A DNA stretch of 46,804 nucleotides, from NCBI GenBank assembly GCA_000992085.1, contig LBTN01000003.1, forward strand, positions 1 to 46,804, written 5' to 3'. Positions within the stretch are counted from its first letter, which is position 1. Each line of letters begins with the position of its first letter. This DNA comes from Candidatus Magasanikbacteria bacterium GW2011_GWA2_37_8. Its GTDB lineage: Bacteria; Patescibacteriota; Patescibacteriia; Magasanikbacterales; GWA2-37-8. Below, piece after piece: positions 26,787 to 35,387 of the stretch. The translations under genes and the position numbers were made by a program. The notes under the pieces were generated by a model. It searched no databases. It was not told the origin of the DNA and worked only from the letters and a program-made list of their open reading frames with translations.

Positions 26787-28085
26787 TTATTTTATTTGCA
26801 CACCTTTTAGCCTCCACATCTCGGCCTGGTTAATTTTAACTTGCACAATTTGACCAACTAAGTTTGGCGCGCCTAAAAATTGAACGACTTTCATTTCTCT
26901 GGAATTACCAGAGCAAATACCTTCATTACACTTCTCTACTAATACCGATACTACTTGTCCGTTATATTTTTGATTCTTTTTTAAAACAATTTCTTCCATC
27001 AAATGTTGCAAAATTTCCCAACGTTGTTTTTTAACAATTTTTGGAACATCATCCTTAAACGCTTGGGCAGCAACTGTACCACTGCGTTCGCTATACCTAG
27101 CAAGATAAACAATATCGAAATCACATTGCTTACACAAATCCACTGTATTTTGAAATTGTTTGTCTGTTTCGCCACAAAAACCTACAATAATATCTGTCCC
27201 GATGGCAATTTCTGGGTTGGTATTTCTAATTTTTTTAATTAAATCAATATAGTATTCACTGGTATAATGCCGATTCATTTTCTTTAAGACTTCATTGTCA
27301 CCACTTTGTACTGGAAGATGCAAATAATTTAATTGTTTTGGAAAATTTAGCGCTCGAATTTGATTATCATCAAAATATTGCGGGTCGGCAGCAGTCCAGT
27401 GAACACGTTCTAAACCATCTATCGAATTTATTATTTTTAATAAATCAGCAAAATCTTCACCGGTACTAGCATGGTAATTGTTTACCACTTGCCCTAATAA
27501 TACCACTTCTTTTACTCCTGATTCTGCTGCTTTTTTTATTTCATTAACAATCTCTACCACCGGACGATTACGCTCTCGCCCACGAGCATAAGGTACTACA
27601 CAATAGGTACAAAAATTATTACAACCAGTTTGAATGGCAATACTGGCGCGATATGGTACACCACGACTAGGGTTGATTGATAAATAATCTTGCAAATCGG
27701 TAAAACTATTCGGTAATATTTCTGGGTTTAATTCGGCCAAACGTTTGGGTAATAATGTTAATTCTTCGATCGGAAAAAATAAGTCTACGCCAGGCAGTCT
27801 TTTTTGAATTTTGCCATTTTTATCTCGCCCTGGCATACAACCAGTAACAGCAATAACTAAATTTGGCTTGTTTTGCCTATATTCTTGCCAATTACGAATA
27901 AATCCCCACACTCGATCTTCGGCGCTTTGGCGAACACTACAGGTATTAACAACAAGTAAATCTGCTGTTTCTGAACTTTTTGTCTCTTGTAAACCCAAAG
28001 ATAACAACAAACTAGCAACCCGTTCGGAATCATTGCTATTCATCTGGCAACCAAAAGTTAAAATGTAAAAATATTTTTGCTCCAT
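26787..28085 (-). CDS. miaB: tRNA-2-methylthio-N6-dimethylallyladenosine synthase (radical SAM methylthiotransferase).
   Basis: It has an UPF0004 N-terminal domain (YILTFGCQMNSNDSE), the radical-SAM CNNFCTYCVVP motif and a TRAM-like C-terminus. I place the start at MEQKYF (28085). Confidence 0.9.
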   Translation of the reverse strand: MEQKYFYILTFGCQMNSNDSERVASLLLSLGLQETKSSETADLLVVNTCSVRQSAEDRVWGFIRNWQEYRQNKPNLVIAVTGCMPGRDKNGKIQKRLPGVDLFFPIEELTLLPKRLAELNPEILPNSFTDLQDYLSINPSRGVPYRASIAIQTGCNNFCTYCVVPYARGRERNRPVVEIVNEIKKAAESGVKEVVLLGQVVNNYHASTGEDFADLLKIINSIDGLERVHWTAADPQYFDDNQIRALNFPKQLNYLHLPVQSGDNEVLKKMNRHYTSEYYIDLIKKIRNTNPEIAIGTDIIVGFCGETDKQFQNTVDLCKQCDFDIVYLARYSERSGTVAAQAFKDDVPKIVKKQRWEILQHLMEEIVLKKNQKYNGQVVSVLVEKCNEGICSGNSREMKVVQFLGAPNLVGQIVQVKINQAEMWRLKGVQIK

Positions 28086-28195
28086 AACAACAGAAATCAT
28101 ACTAGAATTAGCCAAAAAAAGCAAGTTTAATTGACTTTTAGGCTAAAATATAATAACATACAGTTATTAAACAATCACTCTTAATATATAATTAT

Positions 28196-29155
28196 ATGGC
28201 ATTTGGAGCCGAAGGTCTGTCACCTAAAGACATCGAAGAATTATCTGCTATACCACAACCAAAAAATACTGGAGAAAAACCTCACTTTTCTGTTCCAGAA
28301 AAACAACAAATTACAGAGGAAGTTTTAACAGAAATGATCAATGCGAAATTAGGAAGCTTGCTAGCTAGTACTGGTAATGTATCCGGAAATATTTTAACAG
28401 CCAGCGAAAAAAATATATTTTGGAAACAAGAGGCTCCTACACCTACAGAAGTTATTAATTATATAAAAACAAAAAAAGCACAAACTGGTGAAGAAGACTT
28501 CTATTCTTTTGCAGATCCAAAAATAATTGAGGATATTATTATTGAAATAGCTAAAGAAAAAAGAATAAAAAGAGAACAAGAAAAAAAGGAAGGGATTAAA
28601 AGTTATGAAGAAATACAAAAAATGATCTCCGAACAAAAAAATAATGCGGTACAACCAGAAGAACTAGATAAAAATCCAGCGCCACCAATTTTAAAAACGC
28701 CAAAGATTGACCTTGTGGCTGAAGCTTTTAAAACAGAAGGTGTGAAAAAATCAATTTACCCCAATGAAACCAATGAAAAAATTGGTTGGTTTAAAAAAAT
28801 ATTTGGCAAGCAAGAAGTTAATAACACTGCACCAATAATTGTTAAATCAGAAAAAATAAAATCTATAGAATCCGACCAAAAACAATTATCAAAATTACTG
28901 CAAAGTTTGAAGGATATTTATAATATCAAAATGGACGAAAACGGCAAAATAGGATTTTGGTCACAAAAGGAGTACAATCGGCTACACCTCTCTGGCGATC
29001 AAATGTTTTCTGAATTAATGAATAAAATTATAGCTCTACAAACTAGTTTGGCTCTAGCAAATAGCTCCGAAAAATCAATTACTGCACCGATGGATAGATA
29101 TAGACAAGATACTAACAAAGATATAGCCAACACCGGTAAAGGTGTAATGAGATAA
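28196..29155 (+). CDS. Hypothetical Lys/Glu-rich protein.
   Basis: 319-aa ORF with low-complexity charged sequence. I recognise no family. Confidence 0.45.
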   Translation: MAFGAEGLSPKDIEELSAIPQPKNTGEKPHFSVPEKQQITEEVLTEMINAKLGSLLASTGNVSGNILTASEKNIFWKQEAPTPTEVINYIKTKKAQTGEEDFYSFADPKIIEDIIIEIAKEKRIKREQEKKEGIKSYEEIQKMISEQKNNAVQPEELDKNPAPPILKTPKIDLVAEAFKTEGVKKSIYPNETNEKIGWFKKIFGKQEVNNTAPIIVKSEKIKSIESDQKQLSKLLQSLKDIYNIKMDENGKIGFWSQKEYNRLHLSGDQMFSELMNKIIALQTSLALANSSEKSITAPMDRYRQDTNKDIANTGKGVMR

Positions 29156-29162
29156 AAAAATT

Positions 29163-29199
29163 AAAAAAGACCTTGATTTAAAATTTCAAGGTCTTTTTT
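29163..29199. terminator. Bidirectional intrinsic terminator between the hypothetical gene (+) and thrS (-).
   Basis: Stem AGACCTTGA (29168-29176) pairs with TCAAGGTCT (29186-29194). It is flanked by A6 and T5 runs. Confidence 0.7.
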
Positions 29200-29208
29200 A
29201 TTTAAATT

Positions 29209-31002
29209 TTATTTTCTTGTTTTTATCTCTTCGGTTACTTTTTTTACAAAATCTTCTTTACTCATTTTTTCCTGATTTTCTTGGCCACGCACCCGGATCA
29301 TCCATTCTTCGCCAGATAATTCTTTATCCCCCACTACCACAATATAAGGAATTTTTTGAGCCACAGCTTTGCGCACTTTGTTGCCAACAGTTTCATCGGC
29401 ACTATCTATTTCTACTCTTATTCCTTGTTCTTTTAATTCTAACATTAACTGCTTGGCACCTTCGGCATGCTTGGCAGAAACAGGGGCTAATAATATTTGT
29501 ACTGGTGCCAACCAAATTGGCCAAATACCAGCATAATGCTCGATTAAAAAGGCCATAAAACGTTCGTGGGTAGAAAGTGGAGCGCGGTGGATAACAAATA
29601 CTTCATTATTTTCTTTACCACTTTCATCGATGTACTTTAAACCAAAACGTTCTTTGGCTACAAAGTCTAACTGCACAGTTGACATTGTTTCTTCTCGACC
29701 AATAATTGATTTAAATTGAACATCAACTTTTGGGCCATAGAATGCCGCTTCATTGTCGGCTTCAATAAATTTAACATCCATCTCTTGCAAAACTTCTCGA
29801 ATCACCTGCTCCGAATACTGCCAATTCTCTGGTTGATTAACATATTTATCCAAATGATCTGGGCTCCATTTGGATAGTCTAAACCAAAAATTTTCTAAAC
29901 CAAAAATTTCAAAATATTTAATAATCATTTCTAACACACCTTTAAATTCATCTTTAATCTGATCTTTACGGCAATACATATGTGCATCATTCATTGCCAA
30001 ACAACGTACCCGGAGCAACCCTGCTAATGTTCCGGATAATTCATTACGATAGCACTCACCATATTCTGCGATTCGAAGTGGTAAATCACGATAACTATGT
30101 AAATTATGATTAAAAATTGTATGATGGTGAGGACAATTCATGGCTTTAAGATAATAAGTACCATCATCCATAACCATGGCTGGATACATGCTATCTTTAT
30201 AATAAGGCAAGTGACCAGAAGTTATATACATTTCTTCTTTAGCCAAATGAGGTGTACGCACTCGAACAAAACCAGCACGATTTTCATATTCAATTGCTAA
30301 ATTTTCAATTTCATTACGAATAATAGTGCCATTAGGCAACCACATTACTAAACCCTTACCCACTCGATCATCAAAGAAAAATAGATTCTGTTCGGCGCCA
30401 ATTTTACGATGATCACGACGTTCGGCTTCGACTAACATATTTAGATATTCATCCAATTCTGATTGGGTGGCGAAGCAAACACCATAAATTCTTTGCAACT
30501 GTTTATTATTGGCGTCCCCTCGCCAATAAGCACCAGCTAATTTGGTTAATTTAAAGACACCGATTTCTTTAGCGCTATCTACATGGGGACCACGACAAAG
30601 ATCGGTAAAATCTCCGGTTGTATAAAGCGACACACTTTCTACATTCTCTCCCAAATCTTTTACTTCTTCTGCAGACATTTTAGTAGTACCTTTTTCTTTT
30701 AAATCACTTAAAAGCAACACCTTGTAATCTTGTTTTTTGTCAGCAAAAAATTTAATAGCTTCATCGATTAAAATTTCTTGACGAACAAATTTTATTCCAC
30801 CTTGTTGTAATTCTTTGGCTTTATCTTCAATTTTAACAAGATCATCTTCGGTAATATTTTCTGGAAATTCGATATCATAATAAAAACCATTTTCTACTAC
30901 TGGCCCAATACCAAATTTGGCTTCTGGATATAAGGCTTGCACCGCAGCAGCTACCAAATGAGCGCAGGAATGACGCATTGTTTCGAGTTGTGATTTGTCC
31001 AT
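29209..31002 (-). CDS. thrS: Threonyl-tRNA synthetase, a short form lacking the N-terminal TGS domain.
   Basis: 597 aa. It starts directly at the editing-domain HxxxH block (MRHSCAHLVAAAVQALYPEAKFGIGPVVENGFYYD). Class II catalytic motifs follow (RVRCLAMNDAHMYC, HRAPLSTHERF), then the anticodon-binding domain. Confidence 0.95.
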   Translation of the reverse strand: MDKSQLETMRHSCAHLVAAAVQALYPEAKFGIGPVVENGFYYDIEFPENITEDDLVKIEDKAKELQQGGIKFVRQEILIDEAIKFFADKKQDYKVLLLSDLKEKGTTKMSAEEVKDLGENVESVSLYTTGDFTDLCRGPHVDSAKEIGVFKLTKLAGAYWRGDANNKQLQRIYGVCFATQSELDEYLNMLVEAERRDHRKIGAEQNLFFFDDRVGKGLVMWLPNGTIIRNEIENLAIEYENRAGFVRVRTPHLAKEEMYITSGHLPYYKDSMYPAMVMDDGTYYLKAMNCPHHHTIFNHNLHSYRDLPLRIAEYGECYRNELSGTLAGLLRVRCLAMNDAHMYCRKDQIKDEFKGVLEMIIKYFEIFGLENFWFRLSKWSPDHLDKYVNQPENWQYSEQVIREVLQEMDVKFIEADNEAAFYGPKVDVQFKSIIGREETMSTVQLDFVAKERFGLKYIDESGKENNEVFVIHRAPLSTHERFMAFLIEHYAGIWPIWLAPVQILLAPVSAKHAEGAKQLMLELKEQGIRVEIDSADETVGNKVRKAVAQKIPYIVVVGDKELSGEEWMIRVRGQENQEKMSKEDFVKKVTEEIKTRK

Positions 31003-31083
31003 ATTAAAAAGGATTAAGGATTAAGGATTGAGGAGTAAGTAATTAAATAATTACTCCTTATTCCTTATTCTTTATTCCTTAAT

Positions 31084-31232
31084 AAAAACCCCCATACCTC
31101 AAAATGAGATATCGGGGTCACAATTTGCATTGAGACGGTTCCACCCAATAGTTTAACTTATTTATTTGGTTTAGCCCGCCCTATTGGCAGATTCATTGCT
31201 GAAAAGCGTTTGGTAGACGCTCCAATCACCTT
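31084..31232 (-). promoter_or_regulatory. T-box riboswitch leader of thrS (compact), with terminator/antiterminator.
   Basis: The - strand has ATTGGGTGGAACCGTC, which resembles the T-box core GGGTGGNACCG. The antiterminator model is GGG[TGGAACC]GTCTCAAT-GCAA-ATTGTGAC-CCC. The competing terminator is CCCCGATATCTC-ATTTT-GAGGTATGGGGG followed by TTTTT (31084-31117). The hairpin AGCGT-CTACCAA-ACGCT presents ACC (a Thr codon) followed by A. Confidence 0.65.
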
Positions 31233-31238
31233 ATATTT

Positions 31239-31267
31239 ATCTTATCTTAAACCTAAACAGCTGTCAA
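31239..31267 (-). promoter_or_regulatory. Sigma70-type promoter of the thrS leader.
   Basis: On the - strand: TTGACA (31262-31267), 17 nt, TAAGAT (31239-31244). Confidence 0.5.
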
Positions 31268-31276
31268 CACCCGCTA

Positions 31277-32416
31277 CTATTTTACACTTTTTACTACTAT
31301 TTTAATATGATCAGGGACAGTTGGAGAAGTACTCATCCAAGAAGGGGTAAACTTAACTTCTACACCAGAAACATGATCCAAACCTAACGCATAACGTTCT
31401 ATTTCTTCTCTAGATTTACCCAGAAAATTTTGAGCAGACAATTTGTCTGCGTTAGCATCTAAAGTTACACCAACATCCTGATAAACCGACAACTGAGCGG
31501 TGCTATTAATTAAATCGTAAGATAAGATTGACAATTTAGGATCAATTTTTACTGATAATAATTTTTCTAAACTTACATCAATTTTACTAGAGACTTCTTT
31601 GTTTAACAAAGCGATTAGTTCCTCTTGGTTATAACTTACTATTATCACGTTAACATTACCACTTACAACAAAATCGCTAACTTCCTCCCCTACTTTATGA
31701 TTAATGGCCACATTCTGATTTGTAACTAAAAATAATTTTTTACTACCTGTATCAGTACTATATTGTTTTTCTAAAGATTGTTTTACTTTTTCACTAAAAT
31801 CAACTTTGGCAGATTGTATATCGGTTTCACTTAGCACTCCAACCGAGCGAACGCCTCCCACCATATTGGTCATACTTTCTGCATAAACTATTTTTTGGCG
31901 ATCGATAGACAAACCAGGAATAACAAAAGTTGATGGACCAATCTCACTAGATTTGCCAACCTGATCGGCATATACCTTAGCCTTAACTTCACTATTAGCT
32001 GGTACAGTTATACGATCAACTAAACGGAACAAAACTCCGTTGGGTGTTAAAAGTCTGGTAGTTTTAATTAATATTTGATCGACATTTCCTTTGTTGTAAA
32101 CAATCACTTCGCCCATGGCTGTGCCTTCGGTGGTTTTATTACCAGTAGGAAAATAAGTTTCTGACCAATTAACCGTGGTAGAGGTTACGGAACCACTAAT
32201 TACACCTGCTTTAGCCTCTTTATCTACGCTTACTGTCAAATTAACGCTTCTAGTATCTTCTTTGGACACAATGGTAATTGTGGTTCGTTTGGAAGTAATA
32301 AAAATTACCACACCTAACAATACTACTGTTAAAAATAAAAACGACAAAGCAATCGTACGATAAAAACGCACGGAAGGTTCAAAATGAGCTCTTGTTTCAG
32401 CATGACGAACGATCAT
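31277..32416 (-). CDS. Hypothetical N-terminally TM-anchored protein, adjacent to the PilB ATPase.
   Basis: 379-aa ORF. It has one TM helix (TIALSFLFLTVVLLGVVIFI) followed by a beta-rich extracytoplasmic region. I recognise no family. Confidence 0.5.
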   Translation of the reverse strand: MIVRHAETRAHFEPSVRFYRTIALSFLFLTVVLLGVVIFITSKRTTITIVSKEDTRSVNLTVSVDKEAKAGVISGSVTSTTVNWSETYFPTGNKTTEGTAMGEVIVYNKGNVDQILIKTTRLLTPNGVLFRLVDRITVPANSEVKAKVYADQVGKSSEIGPSTFVIPGLSIDRQKIVYAESMTNMVGGVRSVGVLSETDIQSAKVDFSEKVKQSLEKQYSTDTGSKKLFLVTNQNVAINHKVGEEVSDFVVSGNVNVIIVSYNQEELIALLNKEVSSKIDVSLEKLLSVKIDPKLSILSYDLINSTAQLSVYQDVGVTLDANADKLSAQNFLGKSREEIERYALGLDHVSGVEVKFTPSWMSTSPTVPDHIKIVVKSVK

Positions 32417-32488
32417 AGTTGAATTTTTAATTTTTAATTTTTAATTTTTAAAAATATTTAAAAATTATAAATTATAAAATTAAAAATT

Positions 32489-34234
32489 TCACTCTGTTAC
32501 TCTAAATACTTCATCAATACTGGTTATTTTATCTAGTGCTTTCAGTATTCCGTCTTGCGCCATTGTTACCATACCAGCTTTAATAGCTAAATCTTGAATG
32601 GTAAATTCGGAGACTTGATTACTTAAAATAATTTGTTCAACTTCTTTAGTGATAGTAAAAATTTCATAAATACCCACTCGCCCTTTATAGCCCAAACCAC
32701 TACATTTTTCACAACCACTACCTTTATAAAAATGTAAATTGTCTAAATCAACTTTATTTTTTTCAACTTCAGGTAGAGTATTTAGAGATTCTTTAATACG
32801 AATCATTTTGTCTGGTTGGATGTCGTCTTCAACAATACAATTTTCACAAATTCGTCTTACCAATCGCTGCCCAATAACCGCGTTTAATGCTGGCGCAAGT
32901 AAAAATGGTTTTACACCCATTGATAAGAAACGAGGTATAGCACCAGAAGCAGAATTGGTATGAATTGTAGAAAGCATTAAATGTCCGGTTAAAGCTGCCT
33001 GAATAGAAATCTCCGCACTTTCTAAATCGCGAATTTCGCCTACCATACAAATATCTGGATCCTGCCGCAAAATACTTTTTAAACCTTTAGCAAAAGTATA
33101 ATCATGACTTGTATCTACTTGGCTTTGGTTAATCCCTTCCATTTTAATTTCGACCGGGTCTTCCAAAGTAATAATTTTTACTCCCGGCTTGTTTAGTGTC
33201 CGTAAAATTGCGTACATCGTAGTAGTTTTACCAGATCCTGTTGGGCCAGTTGTAATAATCATACCATTTGGACGAGTAACTTCTTTTTTCAATCTTTCAT
33301 AGGCTTCGCCACGCAAACCCAATTCATCAAAAGTTACACCTTTGCTACCACTATGCAAAATACGCATTACCACGCTTTCGCCATACATAGTTGGCAAAGT
33401 AGACACACGAATATCTAGGCTACTACTACTAAGTTTTAAGGTTACTCGACCATCTTGAGGACGATCGGTAATATTGATTTTTAAAGCGGCCAATAATTTT
33501 ATTCTAGATACAAACTGTTTCCACTGCTCTTTTGGTAATTCGGCCACATCTTGCAAAATACCATCAATTCTATAACGCACAGCTATTCCTTTTTCTTCGG
33601 CCTCGATATGAATATCAGAGGCGTCTATCTTTAAGGCCGACGCTATCATTAAAGTTAAAATATCGGTAACTGAAACATTTTTAAATTGAGCTTGTAAAGT
33701 TTGCAAACTGCTGGTGCTAGCACTAAAACGGCTTAATTCTTCATCGGTAATATTAATATCTTTGGTAATCGGTTTAACAATTGGTAGAGTGGCATACAAT
33801 TTAAACACCCGCTCTAAACTATGCGCAGAGATTAGATAAATACCCACAGTGGCATGATGACGCTCGCCTAATTGGTAAATAAAATCATCGTCTGGTGAAA
33901 TTGGCTCAAGCACCCCTACTCTAATTTCGCCAGCTGAAAAATAAAAACAAACAATTTTTTTATCCCTTGCAATTTCTTCTGGAATAACACGTAAAGCCTC
34001 GGCTGAAACTGGAAAACTGCTTAAATCAATATATGGCAAATTAGCCGCGGCGGCTTTGTTTTGTGCTTCGTCTTCTTTTTCTTTGATGCTAATGTCTTCA
34101 ATTTTATGAGCAAACTTAACTTGCGGATCGTCTAAATCAACCTTCGGCGGAACCGCTGGTTTATAACTCTTTCCTGTCGACGCTTCGGCAGGTGGTTTTA
34201 TTAAATCGCTAATAGAAGGAAGATCGGAAGTCAT
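32489..34234 (-). CDS. Type II/IV secretion-system ATPase (PilB/GspE family).
   Basis: It has Walker A TGPTGSGKTTT, the Asp and His boxes (MVGEIRD ... TGHLMLSTIHTN) and the tetracysteine motif CENC...CEKC. Confidence 0.9.
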   Translation of the reverse strand: MTSDLPSISDLIKPPAEASTGKSYKPAVPPKVDLDDPQVKFAHKIEDISIKEKEDEAQNKAAAANLPYIDLSSFPVSAEALRVIPEEIARDKKIVCFYFSAGEIRVGVLEPISPDDDFIYQLGERHHATVGIYLISAHSLERVFKLYATLPIVKPITKDINITDEELSRFSASTSSLQTLQAQFKNVSVTDILTLMIASALKIDASDIHIEAEEKGIAVRYRIDGILQDVAELPKEQWKQFVSRIKLLAALKINITDRPQDGRVTLKLSSSSLDIRVSTLPTMYGESVVMRILHSGSKGVTFDELGLRGEAYERLKKEVTRPNGMIITTGPTGSGKTTTMYAILRTLNKPGVKIITLEDPVEIKMEGINQSQVDTSHDYTFAKGLKSILRQDPDICMVGEIRDLESAEISIQAALTGHLMLSTIHTNSASGAIPRFLSMGVKPFLLAPALNAVIGQRLVRRICENCIVEDDIQPDKMIRIKESLNTLPEVEKNKVDLDNLHFYKGSGCEKCSGLGYKGRVGIYEIFTITKEVEQIILSNQVSEFTIQDLAIKAGMVTMAQDGILKALDKITSIDEVFRVTE

Positions 34235-34237
34235 AAT

Positions 34238-35209
34238 TTAACCACGACTAATTAAACGTTTGGCATAATGCGCCAAACGAGCCACCACGCCTTCGTGATG
34301 CATTTTCATAAACAAATAAGTCCAAGCACTGGTGGTAAATGCATTGAAAAAACCACCTAAAATAACTACCAATAAAACAAACAATGTTAAACCCAAAATC
34401 ATACCAATATTAAACAGAATACTAACACCGCTTAAACCAGCTACTAGCCACATTAAAAATGAAGGAATGAAGATAAAAAATGAACCAACTACTACTGCAC
34501 CAACTAATAATAAATTTAAGAAAAATAATAACAAACCGGTTTCAAGCGAAACTAAAATATGTTTGGAGAAAAGATAAAAACCGCGTCTGACTGCTCGCAA
34601 AAAATGATTCTGTTCGACTACAGCATAGCCACAGGCATAAATTGCCGCAGCTTCAAACATTAAAGCAATAAATAAAGCTAAAATACTAAAAACAACCAAA
34701 CCAATAATATGAACTAGATTGTCTAAATTAGCTAACCAAAATACTCCACCCAAAGAAACTACAATTGCCAACTGTAAAATTTTATTTATTACGATTAATG
34801 CTAAAACAGTCCAAAACCTTTTTACACCAATATGCCAAGCAACAGTTAGCGATAAACGTGTTTTACTTTGAAACCAAGCGGCCGTAATAGCAATTAAAGC
34901 ACTTCTAGAAACTACAGCCACAAATACTACTGTTAGCCCGATTAAAAGCACTATACCAACTAACCAAAGAGTTAAAAATACTGCAGCCACACTATTAATT
35001 GGTATAGTTAGTAATGCCCTCCAATTATTAATCAAACTAAACGGCCCACTATAATCTGATGTGATCATGAGATTTACTTGGCCCACTAAATCACTTAAGC
35101 CCCATTGCCCCAAAAAAGCAGAACAAACACCCAAAATCCAAAGTAATTTATTGTGCCAAACTAAATACCAAGTTTGTTGTAATGCTTGGCGATAAGTTGG
35201 TTCGTGCAT
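34238..35209 (-). CDS. Hypothetical polytopic membrane protein.
   Basis: 323-aa ORF with about 6-7 hydrophobic helices. I recognise no family. Confidence 0.5.
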   Translation of the reverse strand: MHEPTYRQALQQTWYLVWHNKLLWILGVCSAFLGQWGLSDLVGQVNLMITSDYSGPFSLINNWRALLTIPINSVAAVFLTLWLVGIVLLIGLTVVFVAVVSRSALIAITAAWFQSKTRLSLTVAWHIGVKRFWTVLALIVINKILQLAIVVSLGGVFWLANLDNLVHIIGLVVFSILALFIALMFEAAAIYACGYAVVEQNHFLRAVRRGFYLFSKHILVSLETGLLLFFLNLLLVGAVVVGSFFIFIPSFLMWLVAGLSGVSILFNIGMILGLTLFVLLVVILGGFFNAFTTSAWTYLFMKMHHEGVVARLAHYAKRLISRG

Positions 35210-35330
35210 ACAAAAAAATTGTTATATTGTTAAATTGTTATATTGTTAAAAAATACCGTTTACTAAGCAATTTATCAATATAACAATTTAGCAATTTACC
35301 TATATATTATTATACCACGTTTTTGCTTAT

Positions 35331-35361
35331 AAAACAAAAGGGCGTGGATAAATCCACACCC
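35331..35361 (-). terminator. Intrinsic terminator of ftsH.
   Basis: The - strand reads GGGTGTGGA-TTTA-TCCACGCCC followed by TTTTGTTTT. Confidence 0.6.
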
Positions 35362-35387
35362 TAAAATTTAAATATTTCACGAAATAT

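Noticed and set aside
29209-31002. The absence of the TGS domain from ThrRS might be a gene truncation.
   Set aside because: The ORF starts cleanly at the editing-domain HxxxH block and has its own T-box leader and promoter. Short ThrRS forms exist, so this is probably native rather than a pseudogene.
32422-32449. The tandem heptamer AATTTTT x4, and the following A/T-only stretch up to ~32488, might be a meaningful repeat.
   Set aside because: It is pure A/T low complexity in a promoter-containing intergenic region of an AT-rich genome. It has no partner copy or structure and is not distinguishable from a simple slippage-prone AT tract.
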